NCBI GenBank assembly: GCA_020632445.1
Contig: JACKFN010000002.1
Span: 105,360 to 169,359, forward strand
Source: Candidatus Nomurabacteria bacterium
Lineage (GTDB): Bacteria > Patescibacteriota > Patescibacteriia > Magasanikbacterales > UBA922
DNA length: 64,000 nucleotides
Reading direction: 5' to 3'
In this document: piece by piece, positions 1 through 9,232 of the stretch
How positions within the stretch are numbered: the first letter of the stretch is position 1
Layout of the letters: each line of letters starts with the position of its first letter
Translations under genes and position numbers: made by a program
The notes under the pieces: model-generated
Told to the model about the DNA's origin: nothing
The model's input: only the letters and a program-made list of their open reading frames with translations
The model's database searches: none

Positions 1-705
1 AAGCGTTGCCGCAGACCGAGCAATAGACTCGGAATACACAACAACAACATATACAGGATCAAAAGAACTAATTCCCAAAATATCTTCTCCTATAGCAAAA
101 TCCATCTCCATACAGGTGCCTTTTGGTAAAAAACGAACTTCCTGACCAGTGCACGCAACTTGCTTGCCCCATCGTTTATCCTCAGGAGTATTCTCGAGTA
201 AATGCAGAGCTTGCGTCTTGGTTTGCTTTCGCTTGTACCTTTGTACCCATGCGTCAACCTCGTTTGGAATAATCTGATAAAGACGCTTCGTAGATGTGAC
301 ATAGCGAATGTTTGACTTGGTTTCATACATTCGATACACCTTGATCATCGCGTCTATTCCTTCAAAAAACTCAACTCGTGGGGTATCCCCTGACTTCTTT
401 TGAAGACTACGCATAAAAGGAATCATGAATTTAAAATCCTTCACTGCGGTCTGTACATTTTGAAAAACGTACTCTGGAGAAACTGCCTCATACTCCAAAA
501 TTTTTTTGTCAGTAAATGCTTTCACATATCCTTGATTTTGAAGTCGGCCCAATACGTGGTAGGTAATTGACCGCTTTATCCCGGCTTTGTCAGCGATTTC
601 ACTTACTGACACTCTGCCCAGCATCAAAAGAGATACAAAAACATGTGCTTCCTTTTCATCAAAGCCAATATTTTTAAATGTTTTTATGAGCGCTTCATCT
701 AACAT
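1..705 (-). CDS. TrmB-family transcriptional regulator. The N-terminus (ATG at 703-705) lies in the window; the C-terminus runs off the left edge, so the ORF track could not close it.
   Basis: Manual translation of the reverse strand from 705 reads MLDEALIKTFKNIGFDEKEAHVFVSLLMLGRVSVSEIADKAGIKRSITYHVLGRLQNQGYVKAF..., a wHTH N-terminus plus a sugar-sensing-like C-domain. Its architecture and wHTH pattern parallel the ORF at 51957..52781. No stop codon occurs before position 1. Confidence 0.6.
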   Translation of the reverse strand, partial: MLDEALIKTFKNIGFDEKEAHVFVSLLMLGRVSVSEIADKAGIKRSITYHVLGRLQNQGYVKAFTDKKILEYEAVSPEYVFQNVQTAVKDFKFMIPFMRSLQKKSGDTPRVEFFEGIDAMIKVYRMYETKSNIRYVTSTKRLYQIIPNEVDAWVQRYKRKQTKTQALHLLENTPEDKRWGKQVACTGQEVRFLPKGTCMEMDFAIGEDILGISSFDPVYVVVVYSESIARSAATL

Positions 706-717
706 ATCGTTGCATTT

Positions 718-732
718 GTTAATAACATTAAC
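718..732. promoter_or_regulatory. Inverted repeat GTTAAT-aac-ATTAAC, 13 bp upstream of the TrmB-like start. It is a candidate operator for autoregulation. A TGTTGA-16-TATAAT promoter (740-767) facing the + gene at 850 lies adjacent.
   Basis: A perfect 6-3-6 inverted repeat read directly from the sequence. Its position between the divergent genes (minus start 705, plus start 850) supports a regulatory role. Confidence 0.3.
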
Positions 733-849
733 AAATAAATGTTGAAAAGTCAATGTTTAAGTATAATTTTAGCAAAACATATGTTAATTTCATTGCAAAA
801 AATTGCAAAAAAGATAAAGTAGAGCTACCACCACACAAGGAACACTGCC

Positions 850-1416
850 ATGCCCAAGCCCGGAATCGAGCATACAACCATCACCTGTACCGAATGCCAT
901 GGCACAGGAAAAGTCACTGGACTCACACTTGTTACACTGTCTGCTCATGACTTTGAGTTTGCGAGCCGTTGCCAATGGGAAATCCAAGCACAACGTCCAG
1001 AAATTCGAGAACTTGGAAGACTCATCATGTCCGGCATACCACTCTCATGGATCTTTCTGTTTCCAACCCTGCTCTACGGGTTCTATGTCTCCCGTGATGG
1101 GTGGGCTCACCTGTCATGGTGGATGCATCTTCTGGGAATCATTGGAAGTATTCTCACGGCGTACTTTGGACTTTCCAGCATTCTCTTTTTGAATGAGTAT
1201 CTCAAACTCATTCGTGAATCTGAACTCTTCCACAAAGGCCTACGCAACCTGCTCAGCACAAAGTACGGTATCCGACTCGAAGAGGAAGGAAAAACATGGA
1301 AACATGTTTACCGACTCAACGGAGGTGGTCCACCTCTTCCCAAGCGTAACATCGTGACACGCAAGCAAGCACTTGAACAGATCCAAGAAGACCTTGCAAA
1401 GGAAAAAATTCCATAA
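850..1416 (+). CDS. Hypothetical membrane protein with an N-terminal CxxC...CxxxH zinc-ribbon-like motif
   Basis: 188 aa ORF. The N-terminus reads TITCTECHGTGKV. Hydrophobic segments (LSWIFLFPTLLYGFYV, LLGIIGSILTAYFGLSSILFL) follow. No recognisable family. Confidence 0.4.
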   Translation: MPKPGIEHTTITCTECHGTGKVTGLTLVTLSAHDFEFASRCQWEIQAQRPEIRELGRLIMSGIPLSWIFLFPTLLYGFYVSRDGWAHLSWWMHLLGIIGSILTAYFGLSSILFLNEYLKLIRESELFHKGLRNLLSTKYGIRLEEEGKTWKHVYRLNGGGPPLPKRNIVTRKQALEQIQEDLAKEKIP

Positions 1417-1560
1417 ACCGTACCACCAAATAGCCCACCTCACCCAACCAATCCAAGGCTAGATTTCTCAAATGAGCCCCTCCCAGCAGCAAGTTGACAG
1501 GGTTTCAGGCCTCAATGTAGAAAACTGAGGAACTTGCTCGTCAGTCTTCTCCACGAATAA

Positions 1561-1588
1561 AAAAATCTCGCAAAAGCGAGATTTTTAC
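1561..1588. terminator. Bidirectional rho-independent terminator between the convergent genes 850..1416 (+) and 1603..4041 (-)
   Basis: The hairpin AAAAATCTCGC-aaaa-GCGAGATTTTT is flanked by A/T runs on both strands. Confidence 0.5.
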
Positions 1589-1602
1589 GTTAATAAAAAT
1601 TA

Positions 1603-4041
1603 TCACAAACTTGCATCCACCTCACCCGAATCCTCCTCCTCAGGCTCACTGCCAAGCTTTACTCCATCTACCACCAAAAGTATTTCTTTTCCGGTAATAG
1701 AATCTACCGCTCGAACATTTATCTTTGAAGTCAGGTTGGTCTGGGTTGGATTGTCGACGTTATTTTGGAAGGCAAATTGTAGTGCCAAGACATCGACCCC
1801 AAGCGGGAAAGTTTCCATATTCCACAAAACCTTTTGTGTTTCCGGGTCAAACTGAACTTCACCTGCTGGCACCGAAAGCTCATCGTCAAGCCATGTAATA
1901 TCACCATAGATATCCGCCTCCACCTGAACATTGCTCAGTTCATGAAAATGATTGGAAAGTACCCAACTCATGGTATGGACAAGCTGCTCTTCTTCAATTT
2001 CGTGCAGTACCTCAATACCCAAATCGGAGTTTACGGTCAGCATCAAAGGTTTTTGGGTAAGAATTTCTGTTTCACCATCAACCTCATACTGTACCTCCAG
2101 ATTTGCGATGATCTCATAGGTACTAAACTCGGAAAGCTCTATTTGATCAATATTGCGCACAGGAATACTAACGTCTAAAATCACTTCATCGCCTGGTTCG
2201 ATAGTCAAAAATTCTGGCACCGTTGACTTATCCCACTTCAAAATCGCCCTTCTGGTATTTTCATTTACCTGTTCACCAGAAATCTCTCCATCTCGATCAT
2301 CAATCAGATCTGCCCAACTGAGCATGGACTTTTCGTCAAACGATGGGGTATCAAAGCGAAGATATACTTCAACATTGTCTACCTGAGTTTTTCCTTCATT
2401 TTGTAAAAATATACTGCTTGCAAGCATTTCCCCTGGTTGCACATCAAGCTGTTTGGTAGCACCATTGATCACCAGTCGACTCACCATGTCGGTTTCAAGG
2501 ACAGTTATGGGAAGAATCTTGCTGGCATACACATACTCTCCATTATGCTCAGATTGCCCCGATGTTCCCAGCAGTTCAAATACTAATTCTGTCTCTCCAG
2601 ACTCCTCTGGATTTACAAATACACCCGATATTTTTGCCATTTTATCTTCTCCAAGAGATGAAAGCGAAAACTTTCCTTTGTTAAATGGAACTTCCTCAAG
2701 ATTGGCACTCTGCAACAAAAATGCATCATTTTGTACCACTCGCAAATACAGTTGCTCAAGCGAGACATTCTCTGGAAGATCAGAAAAGCTTACTTGCGCT
2801 TCTACGATATCACCGGCGACCACCTCTGTTGGCATAGCAACTTCCAAGTTATACTCTGGATTGGCAACCTCGATATTAAGGCTATCCACTTTTTGAAATT
2901 CAGAACTAAAATTAACAGGAATATAATTGATAAACGCTCGGATTGATTGACTCTTGCCTACATCACCGTACATTCTTCCAAAAATATCAATAAACCCACC
3001 TTCATATCCCTGCAAAAATCCAATATCAAACCGCTCATGATTTTCTGACTCCTGATGAACTGAAGCATCTCTATAGACAAAACCTTCTGGATACTTTACT
3101 TGTAACACAACATTATCAAGACCAACACTTGAGGTGTTACGATATCGTATGCGATATCGTACATCCCCACCAAAAGGTGCGATCTCACTTCCTTCAATTT
3201 CTAAAATAACGCTCTCTGGAGCAAAAGATGCATGGGGTGTAAGGTAAAACAAACCTGCATACACGACACCAGCGACAAAAATACCCGAAAATATAAGCGT
3301 AAAGAGTGCTCGGAAAAATCTTCCACCACGACGCTTTTTAAAATGCTTCATGTCTGGAATACTTCCGTCTTTATTCTTGTAAATTTTTGACAACTTCTCT
3401 TCTATCTTCTCGTGCTTGAGAGAAATAGATTCAACTTTTTCTTCTGATTTCTGTTTCATTTTGTGAGACTTCTTTATTTTCCTTTTTGTGGGCCTGTCTA
3501 CTTCTTTTTCTTTTTCATCACCAACCTCATGGACACTGTCAAAGCCATGTTCACCATCAGCTCTGTATGGTTCTGGCATGGCTTTATGATCTAGGCTACC
3601 CCCATCACTTTTTGCATCATACCAAAGTGCACGAACATCAGCACTCACCTCATCGTCTGGATCTACCGGCTGATGCTGAGCATTTTCTTTCTTTATTGCC
3701 TTGGCTTGTGTAGCGAGTTCCTTTGTGGATGCCTCATGTGACTGATGCATTTTTGCCACCAAATCTTCCAATTCGACTGATTCTCCAAGAGCATCTGAGA
3801 GTTCCTTCTTTTTATCTTTTAAAACCTTACTGGCTCCCGCAAGCTCAATGTCTTTTTTCAAAACCTCTATATCTTCATGTATCTTTTGTTCAAGCTGTTT
3901 TTTCTTATCCAAAGCCTGGTCCTTTTTCTTTGCTAAGGGCTTTGTTGAAGACTTTTTTGCTTTGGCTGACTTGGAAGCACTTGTCCTTTTCTTTGGAGCT
4001 GTTTTAGATGCTTTTGATGTGGAAGATTTTTTGACAGGCAT
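1603..4041 (-). CDS. Large type-II membrane protein: a lysine-rich, histone-like cytoplasmic N-terminal region (~230 aa), a single TM, and a ~570 aa extracytoplasmic domain (hypothetical surface protein)
   Basis: 812 aa. The N-terminus reads MPVKKSSTSKASKTAPKKRTSASKSAKAKKSS.... The TM is FRALFTLIFSGIFVAGVVYAGLFYL. It is the last gene of the glycosylation operon and is followed by the terminator at 1561-1588. Confidence 0.6.
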   Translation of the reverse strand: MPVKKSSTSKASKTAPKKRTSASKSAKAKKSSTKPLAKKKDQALDKKKQLEQKIHEDIEVLKKDIELAGASKVLKDKKKELSDALGESVELEDLVAKMHQSHEASTKELATQAKAIKKENAQHQPVDPDDEVSADVRALWYDAKSDGGSLDHKAMPEPYRADGEHGFDSVHEVGDEKEKEVDRPTKRKIKKSHKMKQKSEEKVESISLKHEKIEEKLSKIYKNKDGSIPDMKHFKKRRGGRFFRALFTLIFSGIFVAGVVYAGLFYLTPHASFAPESVILEIEGSEIAPFGGDVRYRIRYRNTSSVGLDNVVLQVKYPEGFVYRDASVHQESENHERFDIGFLQGYEGGFIDIFGRMYGDVGKSQSIRAFINYIPVNFSSEFQKVDSLNIEVANPEYNLEVAMPTEVVAGDIVEAQVSFSDLPENVSLEQLYLRVVQNDAFLLQSANLEEVPFNKGKFSLSSLGEDKMAKISGVFVNPEESGETELVFELLGTSGQSEHNGEYVYASKILPITVLETDMVSRLVINGATKQLDVQPGEMLASSIFLQNEGKTQVDNVEVYLRFDTPSFDEKSMLSWADLIDDRDGEISGEQVNENTRRAILKWDKSTVPEFLTIEPGDEVILDVSIPVRNIDQIELSEFSTYEIIANLEVQYEVDGETEILTQKPLMLTVNSDLGIEVLHEIEEEQLVHTMSWVLSNHFHELSNVQVEADIYGDITWLDDELSVPAGEVQFDPETQKVLWNMETFPLGVDVLALQFAFQNNVDNPTQTNLTSKINVRAVDSITGKEILLVVDGVKLGSEPEEEDSGEVDASL

Positions 4042-4052
4042 AGAGGTATCTT

Positions 4053-6791
4053 CTATTTATTTTTTTTTAGGACCACTCCGAGTAGGGTATCATACTGCAA
4101 CGGAGCTTGGTATGACACGACATCAAGACCGTCATGTAGCTGCTCACTACTAAGCCACTCAGGAGTAAAATTCTCTGGGTAGTGTATTTGTATGTCATAA
4201 TGAGCATTTGTACCGGACTGCTTTTGCACAAATAAGCTATATCGCATGGCCTGATCGGAAACTTTCCCAGTAAAATCATCTTTCCATTTTTCAAAGTTTG
4301 TTTTTGGTACAAAAGTTCGCTCAAGCGTGAACGGAAGCTCGTAGGTAAAGTATACCTCAGAAGCTTCTCCAACGCGAGTCACCATCCAGTTGGCAAATAC
4401 GGTCTTTCCAAATTGTTTGGTTACGCGTGTCCCAGATTCTATATGAACGTTTTCATCTTGCTCGATTGAAGTCAAAAATGGATCAGTATACGCCCCCTCC
4501 TGCGGAACTTGAAAATGCTCGTCAGCCGGAAATTCAAATCCTCCCGCATCAATAAGTTTAGAACCCTCAGGAACATAAACGCGAAGATAGTCGATATTGT
4601 CTTCGCCATAGAACATCTCACCAGGTTTTCCGTTATGGTCTTTTTTTATCCTGAGCGTCGTAAGAATCCGCCCATCTGGAAGGATATGCACATCTTGCAT
4701 TACTTGCTCATCCATTTTCGCGTCAGATTTTCCTCCTCCAATGTTACTATGAACAACCATAACATAGTCCTGTGTCTTTGGTGTTTTGGCTACACTTCCT
4801 GTCCAACCAAACTGCTCAAATGCTTGCTGCATTGTGTGGTCGTTGAATGCTACTTGAATTTCATTTTGTGATAATGCCTCATGAAGCTGTGTGAGCAAAC
4901 GGAGTCCTTGCGAGGCGCTCAAATGATTCATCTGATCAAGAAGACCCGTGAGCATACTTCCAATGGCTTCCTTTGGTCGATTTTCCGTCTTATCGTAGTC
5001 CATCTCAACTTCCTTTTGGAGAGCAAGAATAACATTCTCTTTATCAAGTGTACCAAGCTTCTCATCGGTATATGGTCCCATAACTCCAAGCAGCCTTTCA
5101 AGTACAGATGAATTGATAGCAATTACACCATCACTGCTGGCACCGCGAGTCTGCCTATAAAACCAATCAATTTTTTGTGCACTCGATGGAAAATCAGGAA
5201 ACCAATTGGAATCTTGGAATTCCCAGCGAGAATTCAAAAGTTGCAGTGGAAGGGGTGGTTCAATTACTTCATCAAGCTGTCCCTGCACATCATATGTTCC
5301 ACCTCCAGGAACGTCGATGTTCAAAATCTTTCCCTTTTGGACATCCACAACCGCAAAGCTTCCCATAAAACCACCGGTAGCACGGATTTCATCTTCATTT
5401 TGGAAAACGACAATATATCGTCTGAACTGTTCATGTCCAAATGCTGTCACCAAGGTGTCTGAAAGCTCAGCCAGATCAGTAAGGTCATCAACCAATGTTC
5501 CAAAAAGCAGCTTAAACTCATGATAGGTAGACTGATACTCAGCCGGAATCACACCGCTATCAACTGAATCAAGTTTTTCAAGCGCGGCCTGGTACTGAAT
5601 GATACTTGAGCGCAAACTCGAACGCACCATAACGAGTTTATCTGTAAGTGAAAATTCTTGAGCACCCTGTACATCGTCAATTGCCTCTACCAAAAACTTA
5701 TTTCCAAGCGCAACATGATGCCCTGCCTGCAATACGGCTTGTCTCCCTTCGATTTGTGGTCCAATAACCGGTAACATCCGTGAGACAAACAGTAGTGTTC
5801 CATGTTCTTTTTCGAGTACACTTTCCGCGCGAGAAAATGCATCAAGCGCCGACTGCAAATCGTGTTCAGCTTGACCGACATCGGCATTAAATGCCGCCAC
5901 CGTGGATGCCTGCAGTGATAAAAATGCATTTTTACTTTCTTCGATGACGGTCTGAGAATTTTCTTTCAGATCCTGCACATATCCCCACACTGGAAAGGGA
6001 AGTACCAAAAGCAGTAGCATGGCAAATGCCAGAGCCTTTTGCCTCGTCGCATGAGTAAATAGCTCAAGGACAGTGACTTTCTCTTGCGCATCAGGTGCAT
6101 CCTCTTGAGGTAACACAGCAGTTTGTCTCTGATCCATTGATGGCGGTGCAAACTGTGCAAGCGCACTAAAATCAATAGACGCCATTTCTTCAGGAGACGC
6201 CTGTGGCTTGTCGAGTTTTCTGTATTTTTCTAATACATCCACCTCTCCGGTGGCAAACAAATGATCAAGTGGTGGCTTTTGTGAAATCTTTTGTGTTGCA
6301 GGAACCTCTGTCTGAGAAACTGTTTGCTTAATTTTCTTTTGTGTCTGTGACTCTTTTTTGAGTTCCTGGACAAAAGCATGCAGGAAATCTGGTGCTTGAA
6401 TATGTGTTGGTTTTTTTTGTTCTTGCTTTTTTTCCCTATACTCCTTGATGTGCTTTCCAAAATCTACGGTAACGCGTTTTGGCGGAAGATAGCACTTTTC
6501 CTTGTAGACATGTACCTTTTGCCAGCTGCGAGGTTCGATATCTTTGAGACGAATGATGTGCTGGCTTGGGCTCTGAATGGAGTGCGTGTCCACGAAAATA
6601 TTTACACGACTTGAAGACTGCTGAATCTTATTTTTTGATGTGTCTTTTTTTTGTAAAGATGTAAAAATACTCTTCTTTGGCTTTTTGAGAGTTTCTGTTT
6701 CCACGACATTTTTTGTGCATGTACGTTTTGTATGACCCGAAAGTTTACACAAAGAACACAGACGCGTCACACGTTTACGCCTCTTGGACAT
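4053..6791 (-). CDS. Large type-II membrane protein with an N-terminal CxxC..H..C zinc knuckle, a K-rich linker, a single TM and a ~670 aa extracytoplasmic domain (hypothetical). Its architecture recalls the DUF4012-type proteins found in glycan loci, but this is unverified.
   Basis: 912 aa. The N-terminus reads MSKRRKRVTRLCSLCKLSGHTKRTC. The TM is FAMLLLLVLPFPVWGYV. It sits immediately downstream of a GT4 gene on the same strand. Confidence 0.55.
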   Translation of the reverse strand: MSKRRKRVTRLCSLCKLSGHTKRTCTKNVVETETLKKPKKSIFTSLQKKDTSKNKIQQSSSRVNIFVDTHSIQSPSQHIIRLKDIEPRSWQKVHVYKEKCYLPPKRVTVDFGKHIKEYREKKQEQKKPTHIQAPDFLHAFVQELKKESQTQKKIKQTVSQTEVPATQKISQKPPLDHLFATGEVDVLEKYRKLDKPQASPEEMASIDFSALAQFAPPSMDQRQTAVLPQEDAPDAQEKVTVLELFTHATRQKALAFAMLLLLVLPFPVWGYVQDLKENSQTVIEESKNAFLSLQASTVAAFNADVGQAEHDLQSALDAFSRAESVLEKEHGTLLFVSRMLPVIGPQIEGRQAVLQAGHHVALGNKFLVEAIDDVQGAQEFSLTDKLVMVRSSLRSSIIQYQAALEKLDSVDSGVIPAEYQSTYHEFKLLFGTLVDDLTDLAELSDTLVTAFGHEQFRRYIVVFQNEDEIRATGGFMGSFAVVDVQKGKILNIDVPGGGTYDVQGQLDEVIEPPLPLQLLNSRWEFQDSNWFPDFPSSAQKIDWFYRQTRGASSDGVIAINSSVLERLLGVMGPYTDEKLGTLDKENVILALQKEVEMDYDKTENRPKEAIGSMLTGLLDQMNHLSASQGLRLLTQLHEALSQNEIQVAFNDHTMQQAFEQFGWTGSVAKTPKTQDYVMVVHSNIGGGKSDAKMDEQVMQDVHILPDGRILTTLRIKKDHNGKPGEMFYGEDNIDYLRVYVPEGSKLIDAGGFEFPADEHFQVPQEGAYTDPFLTSIEQDENVHIESGTRVTKQFGKTVFANWMVTRVGEASEVYFTYELPFTLERTFVPKTNFEKWKDDFTGKVSDQAMRYSLFVQKQSGTNAHYDIQIHYPENFTPEWLSSEQLHDGLDVVSYQAPLQYDTLLGVVLKKNK

Positions 6792-6852
6792 TGGTAGGTG
6801 TTTGGCTGCACGAACAGCTGAATTCTGCTTTTATTATAGCACAAAAACAGAA

Positions 6853-7968
6853 TTATTGTGAAGAAATTTCTGTGTACATTTGATGCGTTTTCTTTGCAAG
6901 TGTATCCCAGCTATAAAGTTTGCATTGTTTTTGACCATTTTGCACTAATTCTAGACGAATATCCTCATCTTCTAAACCTTGCAGTATCATATGTGCCATA
7001 TGATCTACATTTTCCGGATCAAAGTAAAGTGCCGCATCTGCTAAAACCTCAGGCAAACAACTTGCCATGCTCGATACCACAGGTATCTTGTGCATCATCG
7101 CTTCAAGCGGCGGAAGGCCAAATCCCTCATAAAGACTCGGGAACACATAAAGCCTGGATTTTTGATATAGGTCACTGAGCTGATCGTCATCAAGGAAATC
7201 AGTATAGATGATAGAATTGCCAAATCGTTGAATTGCTACATTGTCAAACAATTTTTCATAAAAAGATGTTTTCTTCCCAACCAAAACAAGTTGATATGCG
7301 TCATCTGTTGCCTCGCGTACCTGCTCCCAAGCCTCGATGAGTCTATTCAAATTTTTATGAGGATACGCAGACCCGACATACATGGCAAAAGGCTTGGTAA
7401 TGCCAAATTTTTCTAGATCAATGGTCTTGTTTGACAAAACTAATTCAAAAGGAGCTTGATACGTTACGTACATTTTTTCCATCGGCGTTCCCAATGTTTT
7501 GTGAACATCTTGTTTGGTAAATTCACTCGTCACTATTACTTTTTTCGCTTTTTTTACAGCATTTTTTACGACTACACGATGCAGTTTGTCCTTAATAAAA
7601 TACCTAACCGGACCAAGTGTGGTGGCATCAGGTCGGGGATAATGGTACATAGTCAAATCATGAATCGTCACTACATAAGCCCCTGGATACAGCATCGGCA
7701 CATTCCAGTGCGGAAAGTGCATCACATTTACGTCTGCTTTTTTTATAATGCCTGGCATCTTCAATTGCTCTGCCACTGAGTACCAAGGAATATCACAAAG
7801 CACCTGCGAAAAATTTGATCCAAAATGCTCAGCTTGTAACTGTTCATTTACAAACAAAACATACTCATTGTCTGTATCCATTTTACCCAAAAATAAAACA
7901 AGCTGCTCGACATATCGAGCCAGCCCATAACCTTTTCCCATCATGCGCGCGTCAATTCCAATACGCAT
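6853..7968 (-). CDS. Glycosyltransferase family 4 (GT-B, group 1)
   Basis: 371 aa. It carries the C-terminal EX7E-type motif EGFGLPPLEAMMHKIPVVSS typical of GT4. The start lies 1 nt after the lexA stop (TAG 7970-7972, ATG 7966-7968), which implies co-transcription and translational coupling. Confidence 0.85.
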   Translation of the reverse strand: MRIGIDARMMGKGYGLARYVEQLVLFLGKMDTDNEYVLFVNEQLQAEHFGSNFSQVLCDIPWYSVAEQLKMPGIIKKADVNVMHFPHWNVPMLYPGAYVVTIHDLTMYHYPRPDATTLGPVRYFIKDKLHRVVVKNAVKKAKKVIVTSEFTKQDVHKTLGTPMEKMYVTYQAPFELVLSNKTIDLEKFGITKPFAMYVGSAYPHKNLNRLIEAWEQVREATDDAYQLVLVGKKTSFYEKLFDNVAIQRFGNSIIYTDFLDDDQLSDLYQKSRLYVFPSLYEGFGLPPLEAMMHKIPVVSSMASCLPEVLADAALYFDPENVDHMAHMILQGLEDEDIRLELVQNGQKQCKLYSWDTLAKKTHQMYTEISSQ

Positions 7969-7969
7969 A

Positions 7970-8605
7970 CTAAAACTTTGGTTGTTTTATCACTTGTAGC
8001 ACCACGCCGCTAACCTGATAGGCATCGACATCATCTCTGTGAATGTATATCGGCATGTACTGTGATGTTGATTCAGAAACGAGTGCGATTTGATTATTTT
8101 CTTTATCAAGAAAAAAGCGCTTGATATTGGCAAGTCCGTCAATAAGCGAAACAACATACTGTCCACTTTCTGGTGCATGATTTTCACTGTCTACGATTAC
8201 GTAATCTCCTTCTTCTATATTTTTACCGTCTATACTTGCCTTGTTCATAGAATTGCCAACGGCTTGGATGGCAAATACCCCATGAATTTTTTTGAGCACC
8301 TTTGGAGAAACCTGCAGATAACCCTCTACCATATCGTCGGCATAGACCGTCGCCGCACCACAGCTCGCACTTCCCAGTACTGGCACCGCTAGCAGTGACC
8401 CTGACTGCGCCTGACTCACCAACTGCAAAATACCTTTTTTACGGTCCATACGAATGAAGCCTTTCTTGGCGAGTTGATAAAGATGATGCTTGATCTTTTG
8501 TGGAGAATTTTCTACTCCGACAAGCTCACCGAGGCTACGAAGCGGAAGACCTGAAACGTCTTTTGAGCCAATAAGTTGAAGAAGTTTTTCTTGAATAGAA
8601 TGCAT
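7970..8605 (-). CDS. lexA: LexA repressor: a winged-HTH N-domain plus an S24 self-cleaving peptidase domain
   Basis: The wHTH reads IQEKLLQLIGSKDVSGLPLRSLGELVGVENSPQKIKHHLYQLAKKGFI. The cleavage region is VLGSASCGAATVYADD...EGYLQVSP (cf. VGRVAAGEP...EGHYQVDP). The Ser motif is AVGNSMN and the Lys motif is ANIKRFF. The start was chosen at MHSIQ (ATG 8603-8605) rather than the upstream ORF-track start. Confidence 0.8.
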   Translation of the reverse strand: MHSIQEKLLQLIGSKDVSGLPLRSLGELVGVENSPQKIKHHLYQLAKKGFIRMDRKKGILQLVSQAQSGSLLAVPVLGSASCGAATVYADDMVEGYLQVSPKVLKKIHGVFAIQAVGNSMNKASIDGKNIEEGDYVIVDSENHAPESGQYVVSLIDGLANIKRFFLDKENNQIALVSESTSQYMPIYIHRDDVDAYQVSGVVLQVIKQPKF

Positions 8606-8667
8606 AGGAGTGTAAATCCCATTATATCGCTTATTTACCTCAAAAGAAATCCCCACTTGTCAACAGT

Positions 8668-8687
8668 TTATTCACAGATGTGAATAA
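8668..8687. promoter_or_regulatory. Perfect palindrome TTATTCACA-ga-TGTGAATAA in the lexA 5' region. This is a candidate LexA operator (SOS box) of this lineage.
   Basis: A 9-2-9 perfect inverted repeat, 63 bp upstream of the lexA ATG. It lies between two TTGACA-containing promoter-like elements on the minus strand. LexA genes are typically autoregulated through a palindromic box. Confidence 0.45.
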
Positions 8688-8757
8688 CTTTTCAGTATTT
8701 ATACTTTTTACATTATTGACAAGCTTGACAACAGAACACTTTTTATCTAAAAATAAA

Positions 8758-8782
8758 CAAAAAATCTTGCTTATAGCAAGAT
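8758..8782 (-). terminator. Rho-independent terminator downstream of the 8813..9220 gene (minus strand)
   Basis: The stem-loop is AAAATCTTGC-ttata-GCAAGATTTT. On the minus strand it is followed by TTTTTTGTTTATTTTT. Confidence 0.5.
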
Positions 8783-8812
8783 TTTCACTCAATATTTTTT
8801 ATCCCCAATTCC

Positions 8813-9220
8813 CTATGACTTATTCACATATTTGCGTCTAAAGGCCTCTTTATCCCCAAATTCAGGGTAATCTTTATGATGCTCTGGCGGTTGAAAACCC
8901 TTTTTTTTCTCATGCTTGATACCACACCAATAGTGTTCAGTCATGGCAGCAACCATGCTGGCATAGTGAAAAAGACCATTAACGTAACCACAATACATGC
9001 AGTTAAGCTTTTCTACCGGATTGAGGTACTTGAGCCGGTGCCGATCAATTTTGATATAATCTCTGGTTTTCAGATACGGAATCCCATAGAGCGGAAAACA
9101 GACCGTATGATAGATTTCTAAAAAAATATGCAAAATGACTGATGGAACAATCATCATGTAGATAAAAGGGATTGAGACAATGTTGAGAGGAGTTCTCTCA
9201 GGATATTTTTTGTATTCCAT
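8813..9220 (-). CDS. Small hypothetical membrane protein within the glycosylation locus
   Basis: 135 aa. It has two hydrophobic helices (IVSIPFIYMMIVPSVILHIFLEIYHTVCFPLYGI) and a Cys/His-rich C-terminal part (CMYCGY...HYWCG). No family was recognised. Confidence 0.45.
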   Translation of the reverse strand: MEYKKYPERTPLNIVSIPFIYMMIVPSVILHIFLEIYHTVCFPLYGIPYLKTRDYIKIDRHRLKYLNPVEKLNCMYCGYVNGLFHYASMVAAMTEHYWCGIKHEKKKGFQPPEHHKDYPEFGDKEAFRRKYVNKS

Positions 9221-9232
9221 GTTATTTTATAG

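Noticed and set aside
6811-6828. Apparent 12 bp palindrome GCAGAATTCTGC between the 912 aa protein gene and the GT4 gene
   Set aside because: On re-reading, the sequence is CAGCTGAATTCTGC. Only the short CAGCTG and GAATTC restriction-type palindromes are present, not an extended operator-like inverted repeat.
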